A DNA stretch of 64,000 nt, taken from Escherichia coli. GTDB lineage: Bacteria > Pseudomonadota > Gammaproteobacteria > Enterobacterales > Enterobacteriaceae. Each line of letters starts with the position of its first letter. Position 1 is the first letter of the stretch. Below the pieces are notes generated by a model. The model searched no databases, was not told the origin of the DNA, and saw only the letters and a list, made by a program, of their open reading frames with translations. This document shows positions 1 through 9,698 of this stretch, piece after piece. The position numbers were made by a program, and so were the translations under genes. The stretch lies in the NCBI RefSeq assembly GCF_003334815.1, contig NZ_QOWO01000023.1; one strand, written 5' to 3'.

Positions 1-16
1 CCTTCCCCCACCACCA
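1..16 (+). repeat. 3' terminal 16 nt of a tRNA-Tyr-type sequence (ccttcccccaccacca) cut by the window start; part of the tyrT-locus repeat array or a further tRNA-Tyr copy
   Basis: Identical to the last 16 nt of both complete tRNA-Tyr genes and of the repeat units ending at 310 and 608; followed by the same 34-nt spacer that precedes both tRNAs. Confidence 0.6.
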
Positions 17-50
17 TCTCAAGCATTACCTCAAAATTTGAATTACCCCT

Positions 51-135
<85 letters not shown>

Positions 136-310
136 TAATTCACCACAGCGATGTGGTAACTTCGGTGAGATTGTGAAAGTTTGCACTCATCGGGGAAGGG
201 TGAGAACCTTCGACTAAGGTTCGATTCGAGCGAAAGCGAGAGAACGTTGCCACAGGCAACGGCCCGAAGGGTGAGGAGCGAAGCGACGAATAATCCTTCC
301 CCCACCACCA
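136..310 (+). repeat. tyrT-locus repeat unit (~175 bp) ending in a copy of the tRNA 3' terminal 19 nt
   Basis: Second half (from ggggaagg to ccaccacca) is homologous to 430-608; ends with aatccttcccccaccacca. Confidence 0.8.
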
Positions 311-344
311 TCTCAAGCATTACCTCAAAATTTGAATTACCCCT

Positions 345-429
<85 letters not shown>

Positions 430-608
430 TCACTTTCAAAAGTCCCTGAACTTCCCAACGAATCCGCAATTAAATATTCTGCCCATGCGGGGAAGGATGA
501 GAAGCTTCGACTAAGGTTCGGCTCGAGCGTCAGCGAGAGAGCGTTGCCGCAGGCAACGACCCGAAGGGCGAAGCGCGCAGCGCTGAGTAATCCTTCCCCC
601 ACCACCAT
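430..608 (+). repeat. tyrT-locus repeat unit (~179 bp) ending in the tRNA 3' terminal 19 nt; corresponds to the rtT RNA / tpr region of the tyrT operon
   Basis: Homologous to 136-310; literature describes 178-bp repeats distal to the tRNA-Tyr genes; exact rtT and tpr boundaries not determinable here. Confidence 0.7.
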
Positions 609-684
609 CGCTTCCTTAAATAATCAAAACCTGTTACTCCGAGCTAATTTTGCCCGATGGCACCACGTTTACCGGGCCTACAAT

Positions 685-726
685 ATCCTCCCCTGTAGGT
701 CGGATAAGCGAAGCGCATCCGACAAC
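685..726. repeat. REP-like (repetitive extragenic palindromic) element
   Basis: ctgtaggtcggataagcgaagcgcatccgacaac resembles the REP consensus (taggtcggataag...gcatccgaca) with internal dyad symmetry. Confidence 0.6.
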
Positions 727-745
727 TCACCCCGCACCGTGCCCA

Positions 746-770
746 TAAAAAAACCCCGCCGAAGCAGGGT
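746..770 (-). terminator. Rho-independent terminator downstream of narI
   Basis: Minus-strand reading ccctgcttcggcgggg hairpin (TTCG loop) followed by a 7-T run. Confidence 0.7.
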
Positions 771-790
771 CTATGTGAACTAAAATTCGC

Positions 791-1468
791 TTAGTGACGA
801 GCGCGCACCAGCTGGTACTTACGTGTCAGATACTCCACCGGTACGCTCCAGATGTGTACCAGACGCGAGAACGGGAACAGCAGGAATAACGTCATCCCCA
901 GCACCAGGTGCAGACGGAAGATAAACGCCACACCATCGAGGTGTTGAGAAGCGCCACCGTGGAAGGTCACCACCGACTGCGCCCAGCCAACCAGTTTCAT
1001 CATCTCGCTACCGTCCATATGCTGAGCGGAGAACGGAATGGTCAACAGGCCCAGCGCGCACTGGATAACGAGCAGCGACAGGATCAGGATATCCGCTCCG
1101 GTAGTGGTTGCACGCACGCGTGGGCTGAACAGACGACGTTTCAGCAACAGCACGCCGCCAATCAGACACAGCACGCCGCTGGCACCACCAGCAAACATTG
1201 CCATTTTCTGTTTCACTTCAATCGGCAGCCAGGCTTCATACATCCAGTGCGGCGTCAGCATACCGAAGAAGTGACCGACAAAAATCCCCAGAATCCCGAT
1301 ATGGAACAGGTTCGACGCCAGGTTCATCCCTTTGCGATCCAGCATCTGGCTGGACGCCGCGCGCCAGGTGTACTGCCCGTAGTCATAACGCAGCCAGCTA
1401 CCAATCAGGAAGACCGCCCCGGCTATGTACGGGTAGATATCAAAGAAGAACATATTCAGGAATTGCAT
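791..1468 (-). CDS. narI: Respiratory nitrate reductase 1 gamma subunit (cytochrome b)
   Basis: 225-aa multi-helix membrane ORF recognised as NarI; last gene of the narGHJI cluster; 1-nt overlap with narJ. Confidence 0.95.
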   Translation of the reverse strand: MQFLNMFFFDIYPYIAGAVFLIGSWLRYDYGQYTWRAASSQMLDRKGMNLASNLFHIGILGIFVGHFFGMLTPHWMYEAWLPIEVKQKMAMFAGGASGVLCLIGGVLLLKRRLFSPRVRATTTGADILILSLLVIQCALGLLTIPFSAQHMDGSEMMKLVGWAQSVVTFHGGASQHLDGVAFIFRLHLVLGMTLFLLFPFSRLVHIWSVPVEYLTRKYQLVRARH

Positions 1469-2178
1469 TAGTGCTGTCCTCCGGTGGTGATATTCAGATA
1501 TTGCGGCGCGACGGCACCGGCAAAGCGACGCTGATGCGCAGTGATTGCTGAATCACCGCAGCCTTTGTCAGCAAAGAATTTAACCTGCTCTTCTTCCCAG
1601 ACAGCATCCAGCGCCTGCGGCGTATCATCGCGCGCTTCGTCGGCAATTTTTTCCGCCACTTTGTCGCTGTCGATAGCGGTATTCGCCAGTTTCAGCAGCA
1701 GATCAAACAGCACGGCATAACGGCTTTCACGCTGTTGCAGACGCGCGCTCAGCAATGCCAGAATCGGCGCGATATCTTTCAAACCTTCCACGGCTTCGCT
1801 TTGCGGCAGCTGCGCCAGGTACTCCAGATACAGCGGCAGATGGTCCGGCAATTCGCGGCTGTTTAACTGCAAGCCGTGCTGCTCGTACTGCGCCAGCAGG
1901 TCCACCATCGCCTGGCCGCGGTCGCGGGATTCGCCGTGCACATGTTCAAACAGCAACAGTGACGTGGCGCGGCCACGGTCGAACAGTTCGCTGTACTGCG
2001 CCTGGGCATCGAGCGGATCCATCGTCGTTAAATCGCGCAGGAAAATGCCCAGCGCATGGGCATCCTCTTTTGGCAGATTTTTCGACGCGGCAATCGCCTC
2101 AAACATCTCTTGTTGATGCTGCCATAAGGCAGCATCCGGATATTCAAGGAGACGCGATACAATCACGAGTTCGATCAT
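1468..2178 (-). CDS. narJ: Nitrate reductase 1 molybdenum-cofactor assembly chaperone
   Basis: 236-aa ORF recognised as NarJ; overlaps narH stop by 4 nt (translational coupling). Confidence 0.95.
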   Translation of the reverse strand: MIELVIVSRLLEYPDAALWQHQQEMFEAIAASKNLPKEDAHALGIFLRDLTTMDPLDAQAQYSELFDRGRATSLLLFEHVHGESRDRGQAMVDLLAQYEQHGLQLNSRELPDHLPLYLEYLAQLPQSEAVEGLKDIAPILALLSARLQQRESRYAVLFDLLLKLANTAIDSDKVAEKIADEARDDTPQALDAVWEEEQVKFFADKGCGDSAITAHQRRFAGAVAPQYLNITTGGQH

Positions 2179-3713
2179 GGATGCGGCTCCGTTTTGCTGG
2201 TCACATCGATGGCATCGATACGACGGCTGTTGAACAGATTGAATTTGGTATCTGAACCGTGGCAGCCATCACCAAAGGTAAAGCCGCAGCCATTTTTCTC
2301 CGGGAAGGCTTCCCGTGCCAGTTCACGATGACTACTCGGCACCACAAAGCGATCTTCGTAGTTAGCAATCGCCAGATAACGGTACATCTCCTGTGCCTGG
2401 GCTTCGGTCAGACCGACCTCTTCCAGCGCACGAGTATCAACTTTACCGTCAACGGTTTCAGCACGTTTGTAATGACGCATCGCCAGCATACGTTTCAGTG
2501 CGCGCAGTACCGGTTTGGTATCACCGGCGGTCAGCAGATTCGCCAGATACTGTACCGGAATACGCAGGCTTTCGACGTCTGGCAGAATGCCGTTGCTACC
2601 CAGCTCACCCGCGTCTGCTGCAGACTGAATCGGAGACAGAGGCGGCACGTACCAGACCATCGGCAGTGTGCGATATTCCGGATGCAGCGGCAGCGCCAGT
2701 TTCCATTCCATTGCCATTTTATAAACCGGCGACTGCTGTGCGGCTTCAATAACGCTCAGCGGAATACCGTCTTTAATCGCCTGCTCGATGACTTTCGGAT
2801 CGTTCGGATCGAGGAACACGTCCAGCTGACGCTGGTAAAGATCTTTCTCGTTCTCGGTGCTGGCTGCACGTTCAATAGCGTCGGCATCGTACAACAGCAC
2901 GCCAAGATAACGGATACGACCGACACAGGTTTCTGAGCACACGGTCGGCTGACCCGCTTCAATACGCGGATAGCAGAAGATGCACTTCTCAGACTTACCG
3001 CTCTTCCAGTTGAAGTAGATTTTTTTGTACGGGCATCCAGTGATGCACATACGCCAGCCACGGCATTTATCCTGGTCGATCAGGACGATGCCATCTTCTT
3101 CACGCTTGTAAATCGCACCGCTCGGGCAGGTCGCCACACATGCCGGGTTCAGGCAGTGTTCGCACAGGCGCGGCAAATACATCATGAAGGTGTTTTCGAA
3201 CTGGCTATACATCGCCTTCTGGATGTTGTCGAAGTTCTTGTCTTTCGCCAGTTTGTCAAACTCACCGCCCAGGTCATCTTCCCAGTTCGGCCCTTTTTCG
3301 ATTTTCGCCATCCGTTCCCCGGTAATCAGCGAACGCGGACGGGCAATCGGCTGCGATTTGCTGCCTTCCGGCGCGGTATGCAGGTTCTGATAGTCAAAAT
3401 CGAACGGCTCGTAATAATCGTCGATCCCCGGCAGATGCGGGTTAGCGAAGATTTTACCCAGCAGCATGGCACGGTTACCCATGCGCGGCTGCAGTTTGCC
3501 GTTGATTTTACGGATCCAGCCGCCTTTGTATTTTTCCTGGTTTTCCCAGTCAGTCGGGAAGCCCTGGCCCGGCTTGGTTTCCACGTTGTTGAACCACGCA
3601 TATTCCACGCCTTCACGGCTGGTCCAGACGTTTTTACAGGTAACTGAACAGGTGTGGCAGCCGATGCACTTATCGAGATTCAGCACCATGCCGACTTGTG
3701 AACGAATTTTCAT
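2175..3713 (-). CDS. narH: Respiratory nitrate reductase 1 beta subunit (iron-sulfur)
   Basis: 512-aa ORF with four Cys-cluster ferredoxin motifs (CIGCHTCSVTC, CEHCLNPACVATCPSG and others); length matches NarH. Confidence 0.95.
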   Translation of the reverse strand: MKIRSQVGMVLNLDKCIGCHTCSVTCKNVWTSREGVEYAWFNNVETKPGQGFPTDWENQEKYKGGWIRKINGKLQPRMGNRAMLLGKIFANPHLPGIDDYYEPFDFDYQNLHTAPEGSKSQPIARPRSLITGERMAKIEKGPNWEDDLGGEFDKLAKDKNFDNIQKAMYSQFENTFMMYLPRLCEHCLNPACVATCPSGAIYKREEDGIVLIDQDKCRGWRMCITGCPYKKIYFNWKSGKSEKCIFCYPRIEAGQPTVCSETCVGRIRYLGVLLYDADAIERAASTENEKDLYQRQLDVFLDPNDPKVIEQAIKDGIPLSVIEAAQQSPVYKMAMEWKLALPLHPEYRTLPMVWYVPPLSPIQSAADAGELGSNGILPDVESLRIPVQYLANLLTAGDTKPVLRALKRMLAMRHYKRAETVDGKVDTRALEEVGLTEAQAQEMYRYLAIANYEDRFVVPSSHRELAREAFPEKNGCGFTFGDGCHGSDTKFNLFNSRRIDAIDVTSKTEPHP

Positions 3714-6700
3714 TTTACGCTCTCCTGTACCTGGTCATTGCCTTCGCCATCTAACCAGTCAATGTTCTTCATCTTACGCACTACAACAAACTCATCGCGG
3801 TTAGAACCTACGGTGCCATAGTAGTTAAAGCCGTATGCCAGATGGGCATAGCCGCCGATCATATGCGTCGGTTTCGGCGTGATACGGGTGACCGAGTTAT
3901 GGATACCACCACGCTGTTGGGTAATTTCCGAACCAGGCAGGTTAACGATACGTTCCTGCGCGTGGTACATCATGGTCATCCCTGCCGGAACACGCTGGCT
4001 GACAACCGCACGGGCAGTCAGAGCACCGTTGCTGTTGAAGACTTCAATCCAGTCGTTATCGGCGATACCCAGATCTTTGGCATCGGCTTCACTCAACCAG
4101 ACCACCGGACCACCGCGACCTAAAGTCAGCATCAGCAGGTTGTCGCTGTAGGTGGAGTGGATACCCCACTTCTGGTGCGGCGTCAGGAAGTTGAGCGCTT
4201 TTTCCTGGTTGCCGTTGGATTTCTGGCCTATCACTTCTTTCACCGAACGGGTGTCGATCGGCGGACGATAAACCAGCAGGCTTTCACCGAAATCACGCAT
4301 CCACTGGTGATCCTGATACAGTTGCTGACGACCAGAGAGCGTACGCCATGGGATCAGCTCGTGAACGTTGGTGTAACCGGCGTTGTAAGAAACGTGTTCA
4401 TCTTCCAGACCAGACCAGGTCGGGCTGGAGATAATTTTGCGCGGCTGTGCCTGAATATCGCGGAAGCGGATCTTCTCGTCTTCTTTATTCAGCGCCAGAT
4501 GCGTATGGTCACGACCGGTAAATTCGCTCAGGGCAGCCCAGGCTTTCACGGCTACCTGACCGTTGGTTTCCGGTGCCAGTGTCAGGATCATCTCTGCCGC
4601 ATCAATTTCGGTGTTCAGCATCGGCTGGCCTTTCGCCGGACCTTCCGCTTTGGTGTAGTTGAGCTTACGCAGCAGATCCATCTCGCTCTGGGTGTTCCAG
4701 GCAATCCCTTTACCGCCATTACCGATTTTCTCCATCAGCGGGCCGATAGAGGTAAAGCGTTCGTAAGTCGCCGGATAATCGCGCTCTACGACCATAATGT
4801 GTGGCGCGGTTTTACCTGGGATCAGGTCGCACTCGCCTTTTTTCCAGTCTTTCACATCCAGCGGCTGCGCCAGTTCAGCGGCAGAGTCATGCTGGATAGG
4901 CAGCGTGACGATGTCGGTTTCTTTACCCAGATGGCCGACGCACACTTCGGAGAATTTCTTCGCGATGGCTTTGTAGATTTCCCAGTCGCTTTTCGCTTCC
5001 CAGGCCGGATCGACCGCCGCAGACAGCGGGTGAATAAACGGATGCATATCCGAAGTATTCATGTCGTCTTTTTCGTACCAGGTCGCCGTCGGCAAAATGA
5101 TGTCGGAATAGAGACAGGTGCTCGACAGACGGAAGTCCAGCGTAACCACCAGATCCAGCTTGCCTTCCAGACCATTGTCCTGCCAGTCCACTTCTTCCGG
5201 CTTCACGCCGCCCTGTTGCCCCAGATCTTTACCCTGGATACCGTGCTCCGTCCCCAGCAGGTACTTGAGCATAAACTCATGACCTTTACCGGAAGAACCG
5301 AGCAGGTTAGAACGCCAGATGAACAGGTTGCGCGGGTGGTTTTTACCGTTTTCTGGTTGTTCTGCCGCAAAACGGATGGAACCCTCTTTCAGGGATTTCA
5401 CCGTATAGTCCACCGGATTCATCCCGGCTTTTTCCGCTTCGCCAGCGATAGTCAGCGGGTTAGTGCCTAACTGCGGTGCAGACGGCAGCCAGCCCATGCG
5501 TTCCGCACGGACGTTAAAGTCGATCAAGTGTCCGGTATAGCGGGATTTGTCCGCCATCGGTGACAGCAACTCTTCCGCCGTGACGGTTTCATAACGCCAC
5601 TGGCTGGAGTGGTTATAGAAATAAGAAGTGCTGTTCATGTGACGCGCCGGACGCTGCCAGTCAAGGGCAAACGCCAGCGGCTGCCAGCCGGTTTGCGGAC
5701 GCAGTTTTTCCTGACCTACATAGTGCGCCCAGCCGCCCCCGCTCTGACCGACACAGCCGCAGAAAATCAGCATGTTGATCAGACCACGATAGTTCATATC
5801 GAGGTGATACCAGTGGTTCAGCCCCGCACCGACGATAATCATCGAACGACCGTGCGTTTTATCAGCGTTATCGGCAAATTCACGGGCGATGCGAATAATC
5901 TGGCTGCGAGAAACGCCGGTAATCTGCTCGGCCCAGGCCGGGGTATAAGCTTTCACATCGTCATAGCTGGTTGCACAGTTAACGTCGTTCAGGCCACGTT
6001 CCAGACCGTAGTTTGCCAGCGTCAGATCATAAACGGTGGTCACCAGGGCGGTGCTGCCATCAGCCAGTTGCAGGCGTTTCACCGGCAGTTTGTGCAGCAG
6101 CACGTTTTCCAGTTCCACTTTGTTGAAGTGTTCCGTGCCGTCGCCACCAAAGTACGGGAAGCCTACCTCAGCGATCTCATCCTGGCTACCCAGCAGGCTC
6201 AGTTGCAGCTCGGTTTCTTCGCCAGTTTTGCCGTCGCGCTGCTCAAGATTCCATTTGCCCTTCTCGCCCCAGCGGAAGCCAATAGAACCGTTCGGCGCAA
6301 CCATTTCGCCATTGGTATTAAAGGCGACAGTTTTCCATTCCGGATTGTTTTCCTGGCCCAGCGCATCAACCAGATCAGCAGCGCGCAGCATACGACCTGC
6401 AGCGTAGTAACCGTCGCGTTCTTCCAGCATCACCAGCATCGGCATGTCGGTGTAGCGACGCACATAGTCGGTGAAATACTGGCTTGGGTTGTCGAGGTGG
6501 AATTCACGCAGCATTACGTGGCCCATCGCCAGCGCCATTGCCGCATCGGTGCCCTGTTTCGGTGCCAGCCACAGATCGCACAGTTTGGCGATTTCAGCGT
6601 AGTCTGGTGTGACGGCAACAGTTTTGGTCCCTTTGTAACGCACTTCAGTAAAGAAGTGAGCATCCGGGGTACGCGTCTGCGGCACGTTTGACCCCCAGGC

Positions 6701-7453
6701 GATGATGTAGCTGGAGTTGTACCAGTCAGCAGATTCCGGTACGTCAGTTTGCTCGCCCCAGGTTTGCGGAGACGCAGGAGGCAAGTCGCAGTACCAGTCG
6801 TAGAAGCTTAAGCAAGTACCGCCAATCAGCGAGAGATAGCGTGCACCCGATGCGTAAGAAACCATCGACATTGCCGGAATTGGCGAGAAACCAGCAACAC
6901 GGTCCGGGCCGTAGTTTTTGATGGTGTAAACGTTAGATGCGGCGATCAGTTCGTTCACCTCCTGCCAGGAAGAACGAACAAATCCACCGCGTCCACGCGC
7001 CTGCTTAAAGCTTTTCGCTTTATCGGCGTCTTCAATGATAGAAGCCCATGCCTCAACCGGATCGCTATGCAGCGCCTTCGCTTCACGCCACATTTTCATC
7101 AGGCGTTTGCGCATCATCGGGTATTTCAGGCGGTTGGCACTATAAAGATACCAGGAGTAGCTGGCACCGCGCGGGCAGCCGCGAGGTTCATGGTTTGGCA
7201 GATCCGGACGGGTACGCGGATAGTCAGTCTGCTGGGTTTCCCAGGTGACCAGACCGTTTTTGACGTAGATTTTCCAGCTGCAGGAGCCGGTGCAGTTTAC
7301 CCCGTGGGTAGAGCGGACGATTTTGTCATGCTGCCAACGCTGGCGATATCCATCCTCCCAGTCACGGTTGGTATTGAGAAGCTGGCCATGCCCATCGGCA
7401 AAGGTTTCACCCTTCTGTTTGAAGTAGCGAAACCGGTCCAGGAATTTACTCAT
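3710..7453 (-). CDS. narG: Respiratory nitrate reductase 1 alpha subunit (molybdopterin catalytic subunit)
   Basis: 1247-aa ORF; N-terminal HGVNCTGSCSWK Fe-S motif and molybdopterin oxidoreductase domains; length matches NarG. Confidence 0.95.
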   Translation of the reverse strand: MSKFLDRFRYFKQKGETFADGHGQLLNTNRDWEDGYRQRWQHDKIVRSTHGVNCTGSCSWKIYVKNGLVTWETQQTDYPRTRPDLPNHEPRGCPRGASYSWYLYSANRLKYPMMRKRLMKMWREAKALHSDPVEAWASIIEDADKAKSFKQARGRGGFVRSSWQEVNELIAASNVYTIKNYGPDRVAGFSPIPAMSMVSYASGARYLSLIGGTCLSFYDWYCDLPPASPQTWGEQTDVPESADWYNSSYIIAWGSNVPQTRTPDAHFFTEVRYKGTKTVAVTPDYAEIAKLCDLWLAPKQGTDAAMALAMGHVMLREFHLDNPSQYFTDYVRRYTDMPMLVMLEERDGYYAAGRMLRAADLVDALGQENNPEWKTVAFNTNGEMVAPNGSIGFRWGEKGKWNLEQRDGKTGEETELQLSLLGSQDEIAEVGFPYFGGDGTEHFNKVELENVLLHKLPVKRLQLADGSTALVTTVYDLTLANYGLERGLNDVNCATSYDDVKAYTPAWAEQITGVSRSQIIRIAREFADNADKTHGRSMIIVGAGLNHWYHLDMNYRGLINMLIFCGCVGQSGGGWAHYVGQEKLRPQTGWQPLAFALDWQRPARHMNSTSYFYNHSSQWRYETVTAEELLSPMADKSRYTGHLIDFNVRAERMGWLPSAPQLGTNPLTIAGEAEKAGMNPVDYTVKSLKEGSIRFAAEQPENGKNHPRNLFIWRSNLLGSSGKGHEFMLKYLLGTEHGIQGKDLGQQGGVKPEEVDWQDNGLEGKLDLVVTLDFRLSSTCLYSDIILPTATWYEKDDMNTSDMHPFIHPLSAAVDPAWEAKSDWEIYKAIAKKFSEVCVGHLGKETDIVTLPIQHDSAAELAQPLDVKDWKKGECDLIPGKTAPHIMVVERDYPATYERFTSIGPLMEKIGNGGKGIAWNTQSEMDLLRKLNYTKAEGPAKGQPMLNTEIDAAEMILTLAPETNGQVAVKAWAALSEFTGRDHTHLALNKEDEKIRFRDIQAQPRKIISSPTWSGLEDEHVSYNAGYTNVHELIPWRTLSGRQQLYQDHQWMRDFGESLLVYRPPIDTRSVKEVIGQKSNGNQEKALNFLTPHQKWGIHSTYSDNLLMLTLGRGGPVVWLSEADAKDLGIADNDWIEVFNSNGALTARAVVSQRVPAGMTMMYHAQERIVNLPGSEITQQRGGIHNSVTRITPKPTHMIGGYAHLAYGFNYYGTVGSNRDEFVVVRKMKNIDWLDGEGNDQVQESVK

Positions 7454-7544
7454 CGGTTTTCTCCTGTGGGAGCCTGTCGGCCCTCTGATAAATCGACATT
7501 GCTAATGTTTAAGGGCAAGGTAACGCTCTGAAACAGCGTGGGAA

Positions 7545-7558
7545 TTGATAACGATCAA
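7545..7558 (-). promoter_or_regulatory. FNR box (TTGAT-N4-ATCAA) of the narG promoter
   Basis: Perfect dyad ttgataacgatcaa about 95 bp upstream of the narG start codon; known FNR-dependent promoter. Confidence 0.75.
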
Positions 7559-7595
7559 GAGTGATGGGGATGAAAAATAAAGTAAATTCCTAAGA

Positions 7596-7602
7596 TACCC
7601 CT
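7596..7602. promoter_or_regulatory. NarL heptamer (TACCCCT) in the narG upstream region
   Basis: Exact match to the NarL heptamer consensus TACYYMT in the AT-rich region upstream of the FNR box. Confidence 0.5.
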
Positions 7603-7796
7603 TTAGGATAATTAACAGCCACCACATAACAGACTGTAAATTAAGACGTTTTATACCTGTAGTTATTTAAACTATTAAGATTTTTATGCAGATGGGTATT
7701 AAGGAGTATTCCCCATGGGTAACATATTAATGGCTCTTAATGAAATCCGGCGAAATAAACCATATAACATTAGTATGTTGTAACTAAATGACGCAT

Positions 7797-7822
7797 AAAA
7801 AAAGCGCGACATCATGCCGCGC
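7797..7822 (-). terminator. Rho-independent terminator downstream of narK
   Basis: Minus-strand gcgcg-(9 nt)-cgcgc hairpin followed by a 7-T run, about 150 nt after the narK stop. Confidence 0.7.
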
Positions 7823-7968
7823 AAAGGATAATCAAATATTTTACTCTATATAATTCGGTTTACAGGAAGGCGGCAAGTGAATGAATCCCAGGAGCTTACT
7901 AAAGTAAGTGACTGGGGTGAATGAACGCAGCCGCAGCACATGTAACCCGAAGTATGACGAGTAACGGT

Positions 7969-9360
7969 TTATTTTTTAGAATGCCGACCATATACCGCCC
8001 AGGTAATCACTACGCAGGCGATATAGAAAATCAAAAATACCTTCATTGCGCCGACTGGCGAACCCGTTAATGCCAGCGAGCTACCAAACGCTTTCGGGAT
8101 AAAGAAGCCACCAATCGCGCCAATCGCAGAGATGAAACCCAGCGCCGCCGCCGTGTCGGTTGCCGCTTCACGCATCGCACGTTCGTCAGAACCCCCTTCT
8201 GCTTTCACGCGATCCATTGTCAGTTTACGGAAGATCACTGAAATCATCTGGAAAGTGGAACCACTACCCAGCCCAGCTGTCAGGAACAGCGCCAGGAAGA
8301 CCGCGAAGAACGCCATGAAGCTTCCGCCCTGCCCGTCAGTCGGTAAGGTCAGGAACAGCAGGCCGCTGAAAATCGCCATCAGAATAAAGTTCACCAGCGT
8401 GACACGAGTTCCGCCCAGACGGTCAGATAATGCACCACCTGCAGAACGCGCCAGCGCACCAATAAACGGCCCGAAGAAAGCGTATTGCAGAATCTGAACA
8501 TCCGGGAACTGCGTTTTTGACAGCATTGCAAAGCCCGCGGAGAAGCCGATGAAGGAGCCGAAGGTTGCCAGATACAGCAGGCTCATAATCCACAGATGAC
8601 CCCGTTTGAGTACCGGCAACTGCTCCTTGATGGAGGCTTTCGAGGTAGCAAGATCGTTCATGCCAAACCACGCCGCAATGGTGAAGATGGCAAGGAACGG
8701 CACCCATATCCAGGACGCATTCGCCAGATACAGCTCAGTCCCATCCGGCTGTTTGACGCCCTGGCTACCAAATACTGCGAAAATCGACAGTGATACCACC
8801 AGCGGAGCAACCAACTGCATGACGCTGACGCCCATGTTTCCCAGACCACCATTCAGACCCAGCGCGCCACCCTGCTTCTGTTTCGGAAAGAAGAAGCTGA
8901 TGTTTGCCATACTGGATGCGAAGTTCGCGCCAGCAAAGCCGCATAGCAGAGAGATGATGATGAAGACGCTATAAGGCGTGGAGGTATCCTGCACGGCAAA
9001 ACCCAGCCAGACGCAAGGAATAATCAGAATACCGGTGCTGAACGCCGTCCAGCGACGACCACCGAAGATAGGAACCATAAAGGAGTATGGAACACGTAAT
9101 AACGCGCCAGAAACCGAAGGCAGCGCAGTCAACATAAATAGCTGATCGGTCGTAAAATTAAAGCCGACTTTCGGTAGGTTCACCGCAACAGCGCTGAACA
9201 ACATCCATACGCAAAACGCCAGCAGCAGACAGGGAACGGAAATCCACAGGTTGCGGCTGGCAATACGTTGACCGCGTTGTTGCCAGAACGCAGGATCTTC
9301 CGGTCGCCAATCTGTAATGACAGCTCCAGTAGCCCTTTCGGGGGCGGATGAGTGACTCAT
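7969..9360 (-). CDS. narK: Nitrate/nitrite antiporter (major facilitator superfamily)
   Basis: Polytopic membrane ORF recognised as NarK; ATG at 9360 preceded by GAGGTG ribosome-binding site gives the 463-aa product (ORF track starts 2 codons upstream at GTG). Confidence 0.93.
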   Translation of the reverse strand: MSHSSAPERATGAVITDWRPEDPAFWQQRGQRIASRNLWISVPCLLLAFCVWMLFSAVAVNLPKVGFNFTTDQLFMLTALPSVSGALLRVPYSFMVPIFGGRRWTAFSTGILIIPCVWLGFAVQDTSTPYSVFIIISLLCGFAGANFASSMANISFFFPKQKQGGALGLNGGLGNMGVSVMQLVAPLVVSLSIFAVFGSQGVKQPDGTELYLANASWIWVPFLAIFTIAAWFGMNDLATSKASIKEQLPVLKRGHLWIMSLLYLATFGSFIGFSAGFAMLSKTQFPDVQILQYAFFGPFIGALARSAGGALSDRLGGTRVTLVNFILMAIFSGLLFLTLPTDGQGGSFMAFFAVFLALFLTAGLGSGSTFQMISVIFRKLTMDRVKAEGGSDERAMREAATDTAAALGFISAIGAIGGFFIPKAFGSSLALTGSPVGAMKVFLIFYIACVVITWAVYGRHSKK

Positions 9361-9419
9361 AGACACCTCTGATACTCGTTTCGATGTCTGCCACCTTAGT
9401 GTCTGTAGCTAAAGGCAAT

Positions 9420-9433
9420 TTGATGTAAATCAA
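9420..9433. promoter_or_regulatory. FNR box (TTGAT-N4-ATCAA) in the narK / narX divergent control region
   Basis: Perfect dyad ttgatgtaaatcaa about 60 bp upstream of narK; a second near-consensus site ttgatatttatcat lies at 9458-9471. Confidence 0.7.
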
Positions 9434-9698
9434 ACGATAAGATAACTTTATCTATCATTGATATTTATCATTACCCATAGTGAGTACAGTGACTTCATAA
9501 AAATTATGAGATTTTTCACGGTGCTGTAAAATCCCTACCCTTACCGATGTAAAGCGACTAACCACACGGCAAATAAGGAGTAACTCTTTCCGGGTATGGG
9601 TATACTTCAGCCAATAGCCGAGAATACTGCCATTCCAGAATGTATCGTCACATTCATTAAGGTTATTGCTCATTTAAAGCCTGAAGGAAGAGGTTTAC

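Noticed and set aside
609-790. Possible small gene (ychS-like) between the repeats and narI
   Set aside because: I could not identify a start codon, ribosome-binding site or recognisable product on either strand; the region contains a REP element and the narI terminator, so no CDS was called.
4157-6691. Large plus-strand ORFs (437 aa and 360 aa) inside narG on the opposite strand
   Set aside because: Shadow ORFs antisense to a strongly supported, highly conserved coding region; no ribosome-binding site context and composition mirrors narG codon bias.
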